This document shows, piece after piece, positions 19,955 through 28,899 of a stretch of 50,392 bases of DNA. The stretch is taken from the IMG/VR virus record IMGVR_UViG_3300037847_004028, positions 1 through 50,392 of that record; one strand, 5' to 3'. Position numbers and translations under genes: made by a program. The notes below the pieces were generated by a model. The model made no database searches and was not told the origin of the DNA. It was given only the letters and a program-made list of their open reading frames with translations. This stretch comes from a virus (Duplodnaviria; Caudoviricetes). Positions within the stretch are counted from its first letter, which is position 1, and the number at the start of each line of letters is the position of its first letter.

Positions 19955-21335
19955 TTAATATATCAAACAATCTTTCTCCTGTTTTTTCTACAGGAAAAGC
20001 TTCAGGAATTATGACTTCAGTTTTGTTATGACGCACTATCATGTTTTCATGAAACTGACATTTATTACCATTAAATCCCATTGTTATCATACCACCTGTG
20101 CCATAACGCACCTTTGCAGCAACAATCTGATTTTGTTCGGGACCAAGTTCTGAATCAGCATATTTATCTTTGTATTCATAGTATACAAAAAGAATATTCT
20201 CAGCAACTTGCTCAATGCTACCACCTTCAGATAAATCAGACATTTTTGGTACTTTGTCAATACGAGCTTCAATGTTACGATTGAGCTGACTTACAAGAAT
20301 AGGTATGCAGTTATATCTTTTTGCAGTTTCTTTATAAGAACGCATGATTTCCTCAATTTCAAAACGTCTGCCTTCATTCTGTGATTTAACACGAATTAGT
20401 TGTATGTAATCATCAAGAATAATATCTGGTTTATATTTACTTATTACTGCATTACTATCATTAAGAGTGAATAGTTTGTCAAACATAAACAATTGGTCTT
20501 TGTATTGTTTAAAGTTTTTCATAGCAACATTCAAATGATTTATTGTTTTCTCATCCATATTCCTACCACCCATACGAATATTAGAGTAGTATAATTCTTT
20601 ATGAGAAAGAACAAGTAATTTCTTCATCATTTCTTTGTTATTCATCTCACGATTAATCATCATTACTTTCAAACCTTGTTGAAGTAGATTGTAGCATAGA
20701 TTAACAACAAGTGTTGTTTTGCCATGACCAGGTCTGCCACCAATCACAGTGATCTCACCACGAGTCATACCACCAGCCATTTTATTAAGACTATCAAAAC
20801 CATATTTAACAAGATTAACAGATTCATAAATACTATCTTCTGTTTCTGAAATAAGGTCTTCAAGGTCAAACTCTTGTCCTGTAGTTATACTTTGAAACTC
20901 TGAACTAACTTTATTTACATCATCTACAAGAGCATTAAATTCTTTATTATCTTTGAATGCATTGTCTTGTATCTTCATTGTAGACTTAATTAGTTTACGT
21001 TTGAGACTTTTTTCTGCAACGATTCTAGCATAATCTTTCATCTGATGATTCATACCTGTTTCAAGTAAACCAGTAAGAAAGTATGCATTAATATCATATT
21101 TCTTTTTGTCATTCTCAGTAAGAGATGCCATAATAGTAATAGGGTTTATTTCGCTTTCTTTCTTTTCTAGTTCTGCAATCTTTTGATAGATTCTTCTATT
21201 AGTCTCATTATAAAACATCCTTGAGTTTGTAATGTATTTTTTACATTCTTCTAAGGTTGTGTTGTCATTCATAATAATACCTAGTACTGCTTCTTCAGCT
21301 TCTAGGCTTTGTGGCATAAGTTGTAAATCACTCAT
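19947..21335 (-). CDS. dnaB: Replicative DNA helicase DnaB
   Basis: PQSLEAEEAVLG, Walker A GGRPGHGKT, DYIQL, SQLNR, DLSEGGSIEQVA. Confidence 0.95.
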   Translation of the reverse strand: MSDLQLMPQSLEAEEAVLGIIMNDNTTLEECKKYITNSRMFYNETNRRIYQKIAELEKKESEINPITIMASLTENDKKKYDINAYFLTGLLETGMNHQMKDYARIVAEKSLKRKLIKSTMKIQDNAFKDNKEFNALVDDVNKVSSEFQSITTGQEFDLEDLISETEDSIYESVNLVKYGFDSLNKMAGGMTRGEITVIGGRPGHGKTTLVVNLCYNLLQQGLKVMMINREMNNKEMMKKLLVLSHKELYYSNIRMGGRNMDEKTINHLNVAMKNFKQYKDQLFMFDKLFTLNDSNAVISKYKPDIILDDYIQLIRVKSQNEGRRFEIEEIMRSYKETAKRYNCIPILVSQLNRNIEARIDKVPKMSDLSEGGSIEQVAENILFVYYEYKDKYADSELGPEQNQIVAAKVRYGTGGMITMGFNGNKCQFHENMIVRHNKTEVIIPEAFPVEKTGERLFDILND

Positions 21336-21546
21336 TTATTTTCCTCACATTTGTTTCTGCACCGATTCTAGTTTTTTCTTTTTTAACTGTAGGTTCTCCA
21401 TTTGCATCGAACCCTTTAGCATTATCAAGCATTACAAGACAACCAAACTCACTTTTAGTCAGAAGTGTGCCTGTAGTATCTTGTCCTTCAATGACAAACT
21501 TGTCACCTTCAACAAGGTCAGCTAGATACAGTGTTTTTTTCTTCAA
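21328..21546 (-). CDS. Hypothetical protein
   Basis: 72-aa ORF overlapping neighbours in the operon. Confidence 0.65.
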   Translation of the reverse strand: MKKKTLYLADLVEGDKFVIEGQDTTGTLLTKSEFGCLVMLDNAKGFDANGEPTVKKEKTRIGAETNVRKINE

Positions 21547-21715
21547 TTAAATCACCTCTTATTTTTGTTAGGTCTTTTAATAATTTTTCAAAAGCATTTC
21601 TATAGTTTATATTATTAAATAGCCTTGAACTTGATATCCCTAACTGTAAAGCGATGATAAGCCAATTAATTTCAGATATATTAAATCTGATATTTGCGTT
21701 TGCTTCTTTACTCAT
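21518..21715 (-). CDS. Hypothetical protein
   Basis: 65-aa ORF in the operon. Confidence 0.6.
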   Translation of the reverse strand: MSKEANANIRFNISEINWLIIALQLGISSSRLFNNINYRNAFEKLLKDLTKIRGDLIEEKNTVSS

Positions 21716-21728
21716 AGTCTACTTTCTA

Positions 21729-21890
21729 TAAACAAACGACCATTATAGATTGTTATAATGACGCCAACCATTTATTAACACAATAGCAGTCCTGTATACC
21801 ACATACTAAAGGACACATTTATCAGCCTCCGATGACTTTTTTAAAAATCGTTTGTCAAAAGAGACAGACAATCAAATGGTCGTTTATTTA
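21729..21890 (-). ncRNA. Multibranch structured intergenic element (~160 nt)
   Basis: 16-bp closing stem 21729-44/21875-90 with one G-U on the - strand, plus gattgt/acaatc, enclosing several small hairpins. Confidence 0.55.
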
Positions 21891-21955
21891 TTTTTTATTA
21901 TTTGTGTGTTGCTTTCGAGTGGAGTCCAAATCCACGTTTCGAAAGGGTTACTAAT

Positions 21956-22852
21956 TTAGCCAAATAACATATTATATGCACGAAGTTTCAGCATGTTACC
22001 ACTACCAAACATTGCATAACCATTAGCTTTTCTTGTTTCAGAACTGCCATGATCTACAAGGTCTGTTACTGCATTAAACATACGCCAGTTACCATGTTCT
22101 ATTTCAGTATATTTCTCATAAGAATCCTCTAGTTTTTCTACAAGATTTATACCTCTAGTGCTATACATAGGAGGAGTCCATGTTGTTTGCTTTATACCAT
22201 TACTATCTGTTTTAGTAATAGGTCTTGGCTTTTCTTCTAATCTCCATAGTTTAGTACCAAACTCATGCGGTGATTTGTAGCTTCGTACAAGTGCTTTTTC
22301 TTTGATTGCATAAGTGTTTAGCCTTTGTATGTTAGCTATTTCACGAATGTTATCAGCAAATGCTTTAACTCTATCTTCACCAGACATTGTATGTTTTACG
22401 CTTAATGCAGTTCTAGCATTTTTATCTCTATTAGCAGCAGTCCATGTATTTGAACACCATATGCGAATCATACCAGCAAAAAGCTTAAATGCAAGTCCAC
22501 CATTATGTGAGTTTGCAAGAGTTACATAACCTTTTACATCACCTTGTTTATCGCCAGGGATAATATCTTCTACAAACTCATTGTTCTCCATTTGAACAAA
22601 TACTTCAGCTCCGTTCTTAAATGAACCAGCTTTCGTTACGACACAACCATATTCTTGTTCAAGTCTATCAACTGTATTCATAAAACTTGTATTAGTAATT
22701 GGAAAGTATCTTTTTGATGCGACATGTAAAGTTTCTTTCGTATCATCTCTAAATATCTCATGATAGTTTGATATTATTTTACCTCCAGCATCATATATTG
22801 GAGCTGTTTTTACATCCCAATCAAATGGGTAGTCTTCTGTTGGTTTAAACAT
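21956..22852 (-). CDS. DUF932 family phage/plasmid protein
   Basis: FRDDT...LHVASKRYFPITN, AGSFKNGAEVFV, LANSHNG, RIWCSNT, KHT, WRMFNAVT. Confidence 0.85.
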   Translation of the reverse strand: MFKPTEDYPFDWDVKTAPIYDAGGKIISNYHEIFRDDTKETLHVASKRYFPITNTSFMNTVDRLEQEYGCVVTKAGSFKNGAEVFVQMENNEFVEDIIPGDKQGDVKGYVTLANSHNGGLAFKLFAGMIRIWCSNTWTAANRDKNARTALSVKHTMSGEDRVKAFADNIREIANIQRLNTYAIKEKALVRSYKSPHEFGTKLWRLEEKPRPITKTDSNGIKQTTWTPPMYSTRGINLVEKLEDSYEKYTEIEHGNWRMFNAVTDLVDHGSSETRKANGYAMFGSGNMLKLRAYNMLFG

Positions 22853-22854
22853 AG

Positions 22855-23034
22855 TTATTTTCCTCTCGCTTTATCTATTTGGTTTTGTATTGCTATATCC
22901 TCTAGTCTTTCGGCTATTTTTTGTTCTTTAATATCTAAATCTAGCCAGGGATTATTCATTGCATGTTCGAAATAGTCATCTTCGTTTATGTTTTCTTCTT
23001 CCAAGTCCAATGCAAGGTTTTTTACTGCACCCAT
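22855..23034 (-). CDS. Acidic 59-aa hypothetical protein
   Basis: GGAGG SD; MGAVKNLALDLEEENINEDDYFEH...ARGK*. Confidence 0.65.
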   Translation of the reverse strand: MGAVKNLALDLEEENINEDDYFEHAMNNPWLDLDIKEQKIAERLEDIAIQNQIDKARGK

Positions 23035-23050
23035 GTGTTGCCTCCTTTTA

Positions 23051-23425
23051 TTATTTGTTATTTGTTATGTTTGGTGGATTATTACCATATTTCGCAGACT
23101 CAATCTCTTTCTTCTTAGTCCATGCTTTTGCATTGCTTTGTATCATTGTTTTAAGATAAGGAAAACCTTTACCTTCTAAATGATACTGAGCTAATAGATA
23201 TTGTGTTACTGTTGTACTTACAATATCATAATCTATTATATCAATAAGATACATAAGTTGATTCCATTGTCTATTAAGAGTTGGTTTGTCAAAATGGCTT
23301 TTTAGTTTTTTGCCAATATACATAAGGTTTTCTCTTAGATGTTCAGGAATGTCCTTAAATATTATTTTTGCTTCAATCGATTGTTGTTTACGAGAATTGG
23401 TATATCCACATGATGGACACCTCAT
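23051..23425 (-). CDS. Hypothetical protein, N-terminal CPSC (possible replication initiator/helicase loader)
   Basis: MRCPSCG; helical body; function guessed from position in the replication block. Confidence 0.6.
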   Translation of the reverse strand: MRCPSCGYTNSRKQQSIEAKIIFKDIPEHLRENLMYIGKKLKSHFDKPTLNRQWNQLMYLIDIIDYDIVSTTVTQYLLAQYHLEGKGFPYLKTMIQSNAKAWTKKKEIESAKYGNNPPNITNNK

Positions 23426-23634
23426 TCTTCTAGTATTCCTCTATTTCTTGACCATTTGTTAAAGTCAGTTAATAATACATCGTGGTCATATTTTGTTGGA
23501 AATTGACTTGAACAATGTTTACTAAATATCCAACTCATCATGTCTTCAAAATCACCACCATGATCCATTAACATTTTATCTAACATTTGGTATTGTTTTT
23601 TTAATCTTAGACCTTCGTATTCTCTTTTTCTCAT
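23422..23634 (-). CDS. Hypothetical protein
   Basis: 70 aa, AAAGG SD, ATGA overlap with the next gene. Confidence 0.65.
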   Translation of the reverse strand: MRKREYEGLRLKKQYQMLDKMLMDHGGDFEDMMSWIFSKHCSSQFPTKYDHDVLLTDFNKWSRNRGILEE

Positions 23635-23647
23635 ATTTACCTTTCTA

Positions 23648-23751
23648 ATATGAGGCTACGCTTAAACTAGGATATGCATGATTCATACGCAGGGTAATAA
23701 TTTCAACCCAGTATTTATTGTTTATTCCTATTTCAGTTAGTAGCCTCACAT
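23648..23751 (-). ncRNA. Multibranch structured intergenic element (~104 nt)
   Basis: AUGUGAGGCUAC/GUAGCCUCAUAU 12-bp stem with G-U; inner UAGGA/UCCUA, GGGU/ACCC and GUAUG/CAUGC. Confidence 0.55.
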
Positions 23752-23762
23752 TTGTTATCTAT

Positions 23763-24392
23763 TTAGAATGGCAAATCGTCATCTTCTTCTTTAACTGTGC
23801 CATTAGTATTTGTAGCTACTGGTTGGTCGTCAATAGGAAAAAGCAACATTTCTTTTGCAGTTACTCTTTCATTGCCTTCTTTATCAGTATATTTTTGATG
23901 TTTTACTTCGATAAAACAATGTCTACCTACAGCTAAATCAAGGTCTATTTCAACAGGTAATGTATATGCTTTACGTTTTTGTACATTACCTTTAGAGTCT
24001 TTTTGTTCAACAATACTTTCTTCAATCTCATAACCACCAACTTCAAGAAATTTCATATATCTTATATTATTGGATTGATTTGGTACATGTAACAATGTAT
24101 CTAAACCAATTGATTTAATATGTTCAGTATCTTTCCAAATCCATATTGCTGATGACCATACATGTCTTCTTGCCTCTGACGCATTATCATCTGTTATTTT
24201 ATATTCTACCTCAAGCATGTCAGCAACATGATAGACTCCATCTTCATTACGACTTTTTATCACTTTGTCTGATTGCTTCTTTGTTACTTTCACAATTTCA
24301 GCTTTGTATTTACCCTCTGCTACAGGTTCGTTTGAACGTTGTGGTTTATCATCAGGTATAAACGTTGTTGTTTCCATTTGTAACATACTCAT
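23763..24392 (-). CDS. Single-stranded DNA-binding protein (DUF669-like OB fold)
   Basis: PVAEGKYKAEIVKV; acidic SSB-type tail EEDDDLPF; follows the annealase. Confidence 0.75.
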   Translation of the reverse strand: MSMLQMETTTFIPDDKPQRSNEPVAEGKYKAEIVKVTKKQSDKVIKSRNEDGVYHVADMLEVEYKITDDNASEARRHVWSSAIWIWKDTEHIKSIGLDTLLHVPNQSNNIRYMKFLEVGGYEIEESIVEQKDSKGNVQKRKAYTLPVEIDLDLAVGRHCFIEVKHQKYTDKEGNERVTAKEMLLFPIDDQPVATNTNGTVKEEDDDLPF

Positions 24393-25081
24393 TAGTTGTT
24401 CTCCTTATAGTTGAACTCGTTTTTTACTTCGTTTAAGAACATTTCATAGTTAGTAACATTAACAGAACCAGCTTTGATCTTTGTGCCAAGATTCCGTTCT
24501 ATTGCTTCTATTTCTTTATTCTTCTTTGGTTGTTGTTGTTTTAGGTTGTCAAATAGCTCTCGAATGATTGCCAATTGTTCTTCACCTAAATCAAGTATTT
24601 GTTTGCGATATACATCATCAGCAATATTGCACAGTCTATTGACAGCTCTTTTAAAAGCATTTGCATTTGCAGCAGCAATATTGTAATCAATGTTTATAAC
24701 ATTCTCTGGTGTATGTGGTGATTCTTTTTTGAATTGAACTCTTGCAGAACCAGGAGAAAAGAAATGACGTTGCACACCATTATCATTAATTATAAGTGTA
24801 CCAGCTACATATACCCATTCACCACCAAGAAACTGCACAGGATTATCACCTGAGTGTACCCATGACCAATTAGGAAAATGTTTATTTAGCATATGACGCA
24901 TCCATGCTTCTTCAACATAATCTTTACCATCTTTTTGTTTTATTTGTTTCTTTGGTGTAGGTATTTCAGAGCGTAGGATTGCATCGTTTCTCATTAAATT
25001 TTCTCTAGCTTTCATCTCCACTAAATCATTTGGTAATTGTGGTTCTATTGCTACACTTTTATTTTGTGTTTTTCGTTTCAT
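24392..25081 (-). CDS. Rad52/22 (Sak)-like single-strand annealing protein
   Basis: PTPKKQIKQKDGKDYV...LNKHFPNWSW...AAANANAFKRAVNRL. Confidence 0.75.
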   Translation of the reverse strand: MKRKTQNKSVAIEPQLPNDLVEMKARENLMRNDAILRSEIPTPKKQIKQKDGKDYVEEAWMRHMLNKHFPNWSWVHSGDNPVQFLGGEWVYVAGTLIINDNGVQRHFFSPGSARVQFKKESPHTPENVINIDYNIAAANANAFKRAVNRLCNIADDVYRKQILDLGEEQLAIIRELFDNLKQQQPKKNKEIEAIERNLGTKIKAGSVNVTNYEMFLNEVKNEFNYKENN

Positions 25082-25832
25082 GAATTACTCCTTCATAGTT
25101 TGCGTTTGCGGGATTATCACATACTTTATTAAAATTGCATAACTTGCAATCCCAATCAGTATATGGTACTGTTTTAGACTGTTGAGGTTCTATTGGATTA
25201 TCTACAATTTTTTGTGCTTCTTGCCAATAACGTTCAGCAAAAAGTATGTATTGTGTAGACACTTCAACTTTATTGATTTGGCTAGTGTTTTTATTATAAC
25301 CTATTAATGCCATTTCTTCAATATTTCTTAGTCCATATTGTTTACCATAGTTTTTCTCTAAGATATATCCGTATGTACCAAGTTGAAATCTGTAATGGTC
25401 ACCTGATGTTGTATCAATAGGTCTACGTTTACCAAATGTTTTAGTCCATGCCCATTGATTAGCAGTTTTGTAATCATACAGATAACCTTTACCTTCTTCA
25501 TCTATTATTAATAAATCAAAACTACCACCTATATTTAACTCTCTATCGAATATGTAATCTTCTGCATATTTACGAGGATAATCAGCAAGTGTAAGTGCAG
25601 CATCAAGGTCGATACCAATAAGATTACCAAGTTGAAATACTCTTAGTAGTTGCTTTGAAAATGGTTCTTCAAGTTCAGGTTTATATTTTTTATACCACAT
25701 TTTTTTAGAACATTGTCCACTCGAAGATGCAGACATTCTACCAGCTGATTGTGTGTCTCTTAACTGATTGTGTACTTTGTTTTTTTGTTCTAAATAGTAG
25801 TCATATGCTCCGATGATATCAGGCTTACTCAC
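25059..25832 (-). CDS. Cas4-like / PD-(D/E)xK exonuclease with probable Fe-S cluster
   Basis: SASSSGQC, GSFD...YDYKT, QLGTY, C-terminal CKLCNFNKVC. Confidence 0.85.
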   Translation of the reverse strand: MSKPDIIGAYDYYLEQKNKVHNQLRDTQSAGRMSASSSGQCSKKMWYKKYKPELEEPFSKQLLRVFQLGNLIGIDLDAALTLADYPRKYAEDYIFDRELNIGGSFDLLIIDEEGKGYLYDYKTANQWAWTKTFGKRRPIDTTSGDHYRFQLGTYGYILEKNYGKQYGLRNIEEMALIGYNKNTSQINKVEVSTQYILFAERYWQEAQKIVDNPIEPQQSKTVPYTDWDCKLCNFNKVCDNPANANYEGVIHETKNTK

Positions 25833-26203
25833 TTGTAACCAAGTTTGTTAATGTGATGTTGTGAATTGATTTCATGTCTTCTGCGATCCTCCCATTTGTT
25901 TGTTTCATTTACGATTGTTTTTTGATGTTTTTGCCTAGATTTCCACTTACTACCTCTAAGTTCTGCAAACGTTTCTTGTACTTTACGTCTTGCTCTAGTT
26001 ATTGAAGACATAGAAGTATATCGTTTAGTGTTTAATCTTTTAAAAAACTCAACGACATCTATAGCGTGATAAGGTTCACCTGGTATATAAAATACTGGGT
26101 CAATCTTAGCGTAATACATAAAACATAGTTTACTGTCGCTATCTCTAGTCTCTGGATGGTTGCGTAGTATTGTTTCAACTATTGTTATCGTGTCTTTATT
26201 CAT
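25829..26203 (-). CDS. Hypothetical phage protein
   Basis: ILRNHPETRDSD...SITRARRKVQE; AAGG SD. Confidence 0.75.
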   Translation of the reverse strand: MNKDTITIVETILRNHPETRDSDSKLCFMYYAKIDPVFYIPGEPYHAIDVVEFFKRLNTKRYTSMSSITRARRKVQETFAELRGSKWKSRQKHQKTIVNETNKWEDRRRHEINSQHHINKLGYK

Positions 26204-26279
26204 AGCGTTCCTTTTCGTGATTTTTTGTTTGTTAAATATTACTAATAATTTACTCTAAATCCTAGTATTATTACACATA

Positions 26280-26321
26280 GAGCGAGAGAGGCATAGGGGT
26301 CGAGGCTATACCTCTCTGCTC
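26280..26321 (-). other. Long GC-rich intergenic hairpin
   Basis: GAGC-AGAGAGG-UAUAG / CUAUG-CCUCUCU-C-GCUC with U-G wobble on the - strand. Confidence 0.55.
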
Positions 26322-26331
26322 GTGGGGATGC

Positions 26332-28035
26332 TTACTTGCGTAAGTAATTTGATAAAGTGTTTAAACCACTGCCTTTATCAGTACATACTAATGTAAAATA
26401 CGGAATCTCAGGGTCATCTTGATTATCGTATGCTACATCACTTGCTTGTTCTATCAATGTATCTTTGCTTGTTTTAGAGTCTAACCCAGTTAGTTCTACA
26501 AGTTCAGATTTAGATAGTACTGCAAAGTATTTTTGACGTTCTTCTTTATCATTTAAGAATCTTGTCATCAATACATCATGTATACTATCTATTTCTAACT
26601 CTGTAAATAATGCATCAAGGTCTTCGTATGTACTATTTTCATAATGTTTTGTAAACCAATACGATGTCATTTCTTCAAGTAAATGTGCATCATCTTTAAT
26701 TTCAACATCATGAAGAGGGTGGAAAGATGGATGTTCATCATCAGCCCATCTGTATGGTTTATATAATTGTAAATCAGCTTCTCTTACATTTATAAGCCAA
26801 TCAAGTACAATTAAATTACCATTTCTATCTTTCTGTCTTGCAAATACATTTTTTTCAATATATTCTTGCACAATAGGTGCTGCCCATTTATTGAATTTAT
26901 TGTATTTTAGCTTATGTGGATCATTTGGTTCAGCAGTTGTGCTTTCTGTTTCTTCCACATCATTTATCACAGGTGCATCTTCTTTTGGTATATTGACATA
27001 CAGTACTGGATTAAACACACCACTAAAGCCTACAATTTCTGCTTTAGATAATGATATTCCACATTTTTTCTTTACTTTTGTTTTTAATGATGATAGTTTA
27101 TTTTTGAAATCAAAACCAATTGTATTATCAGAAATACTATAGTTAATATTACTGTTTACTGGTATTTCATTCTTTTGTAAAAATCTACCAATTTCTGTTT
27201 CAGCTAAGAATAATGTGAGTAGAAAATCATCATCTTGACACCATTGTTCTTCTGCATACTCTTCAAACAATGTAGATTGATATTCATGTACAATGCCATA
27301 ATCTCTTTCATATGCTCTAAATACATCTTCTCCTACACAGTCTTTTACATACTCCCATTTAGCTTCATCTCTTTCAAGATAAGATTCTACATCGTTTACA
27401 AATGATGAGAACCATTGGTCATCCCAATCATAATCTCTAATTTCTGTAATTACATTATCCTTCACCCAATCGCCTTCATCCTCAATTCGTAAATGATGTT
27501 TCATTGCTTTTTCTTGAGCAGCAATTGTATTTGTTGAAATGTTACGCAACGTACTCATTACATCTGCATTAAGATGTATCTCATCATTAATTGATTCTTT
27601 GATGAATGTATGTAGGTTCACAAATGCGAGTGCATTATTAATTACTGTACTACTTTTACCAAAGATTGTAGCTAGGTCTTTCTTTGTTCTAACTACACCA
27701 TCATTATTCAATGTTTGAATTGCATCAGCCATGTCAATGTAACTCATGCCAACAGTAAATACATTTGTAGATAACTGTTTGGTTGTATCATCAACACTGC
27801 CATTAGATTCAAATGCTGGTATTTCATCAAACCCTAAATCTTTAGCTATTTGTAATCTCATATGTCCATTGATTACGACATATTTATCATCTTTTTTACG
27901 GTATGTGATAGGGGTTAGAATACCAACTGATTTAATATTTTCTTTTAATGCTTTGTATTCAGCATTTTTTCCATTGATCTTTTGACTTCTTACATTGCCT
28001 AAAGATATAATTTTACTTACTGGTATTGTATTCAT
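26332..28035 (-). CDS. ParB N-terminal (ParBc) domain protein with long acidic C-terminal region
   Basis: LKENIKSVGILTPI...YVVINGHMRL; HTH-like KKDLATIFGKS. Confidence 0.85.
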   Translation of the reverse strand: MNTIPVSKIISLGNVRSQKINGKNAEYKALKENIKSVGILTPITYRKKDDKYVVINGHMRLQIAKDLGFDEIPAFESNGSVDDTTKQLSTNVFTVGMSYIDMADAIQTLNNDGVVRTKKDLATIFGKSSTVINNALAFVNLHTFIKESINDEIHLNADVMSTLRNISTNTIAAQEKAMKHHLRIEDEGDWVKDNVITEIRDYDWDDQWFSSFVNDVESYLERDEAKWEYVKDCVGEDVFRAYERDYGIVHEYQSTLFEEYAEEQWCQDDDFLLTLFLAETEIGRFLQKNEIPVNSNINYSISDNTIGFDFKNKLSSLKTKVKKKCGISLSKAEIVGFSGVFNPVLYVNIPKEDAPVINDVEETESTTAEPNDPHKLKYNKFNKWAAPIVQEYIEKNVFARQKDRNGNLIVLDWLINVREADLQLYKPYRWADDEHPSFHPLHDVEIKDDAHLLEEMTSYWFTKHYENSTYEDLDALFTELEIDSIHDVLMTRFLNDKEERQKYFAVLSKSELVELTGLDSKTSKDTLIEQASDVAYDNQDDPEIPYFTLVCTDKGSGLNTLSNYLRK

Positions 28036-28289
28036 TTGTTGCTCCTTTTATATTTTATAATTGCTGGTAAATATTCTATTGGTTGACGAGTTTTTAATTC
28101 ATCATCTAATGCTTTATACATTTCAGTCTCTTCACCATATTTTTCTATTTTAACCTTACCATTGACTAATTCTGTATATACTGTGCTTCGTAGTTTATTT
28201 CGAGCATTATACAGGTATTTTGAGTCCATAGCACTTATTAGGTGGCGTTTACCTGTTGATTGACTTACATAATATTTTATTTTAGCCAT
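28032..28289 (-). CDS. Hypothetical protein
   Basis: 85 aa, GGAGG SD, ATGA overlap with the ParB-like gene. Confidence 0.7.
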   Translation of the reverse strand: MAKIKYYVSQSTGKRHLISAMDSKYLYNARNKLRSTVYTELVNGKVKIEKYGEETEMYKALDDELKTRQPIEYLPAIIKYKRSNK

Positions 28290-28431
28290 TCATTTCCTCC
28301 ATTTTATGTAATTTGCGTGAATGCAGATATGTTATATCAGATAAGGCAACAATCAACTCGTGACTTGTATGCTCATCTTTGAATACTAAACTATCCTTTA
28401 ACTCAGCAAACTCTTTTTCTGTTATTTTCAT
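28282..28431 (-). CDS. Hypothetical 49-aa protein
   Basis: AAGGAG SD; MKITEKEFAELKDSL...EEMNG*. Confidence 0.6.
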   Translation of the reverse strand: MKITEKEFAELKDSLVFKDEHTSHELIVALSDITYLHSRKLHKMEEMNG

Positions 28432-28468
28432 TTGTTTTCTCCTTACGTTTGTTTATTGCTTAATTCTT

Positions 28469-28899
28469 AGGGATGAGTCTTGCAGTTACACCCATGTGTG
28501 TGCCTTAACTAATTTGTGTTATCTGATAAGCTCTGCTAAATCAGACCACGAGTTTTAATCTCGTAGACCCATCCCTGTCGCGACTAATAAAATGTGCCAG
28601 CTAGGCTTTGCGGTTAGGCAATACTTGCACCTCATTTGAAGTATCTCATGGCACAAAGCCCTTCCAATCTCACCTAGCTGGTCTTCACCGAGACAACATA
28701 TTAGACTGCGGAGTCCTTCATACATGACGTTATATGTGTGTGTTGTCCCTTTTTATATTGTCTCAACCCTATAAGTACGGCTGACATCAAGGCGAATATT
28801 CGGCTATAATATTCTTTAACGTACACCATTGTGACCTATCTGCTTGTTAATGAGACAAATTGAACGAGGGTGATATCCTATTATAGCAGTTACCTCGTT
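28469..28899 (-). ncRNA. Tandem array of five closed structured modules
   Basis: Closing stems 28469-80/28565-76, 28597-605/28673-81, 28690-700/28754-64, 28775-79/28820-24, 28863-69/28893-99; essentially ORF-free and more GC-rich than flanks. Confidence 0.6.

Noticed and set aside
25059-25832. Cas4-like gene as part of a CRISPR system
   Set aside because: No other cas genes and no repeat-spacer array seen; context is a phage exonuclease-annealase-SSB module
28577-28584. Palindrome gtcgcgac between modules A and B as a parS or operator
   Set aside because: Only a single 8-bp copy noticed; too short to support a claim
28469-28899. tRNA, tmRNA, CRISPR mini-array or hammerhead ribozyme in the non-coding array
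   Set aside because: No GTTCRA T-loop or CCA ends, no identical direct repeats, and no CUGANGA/GAAA core found by eye
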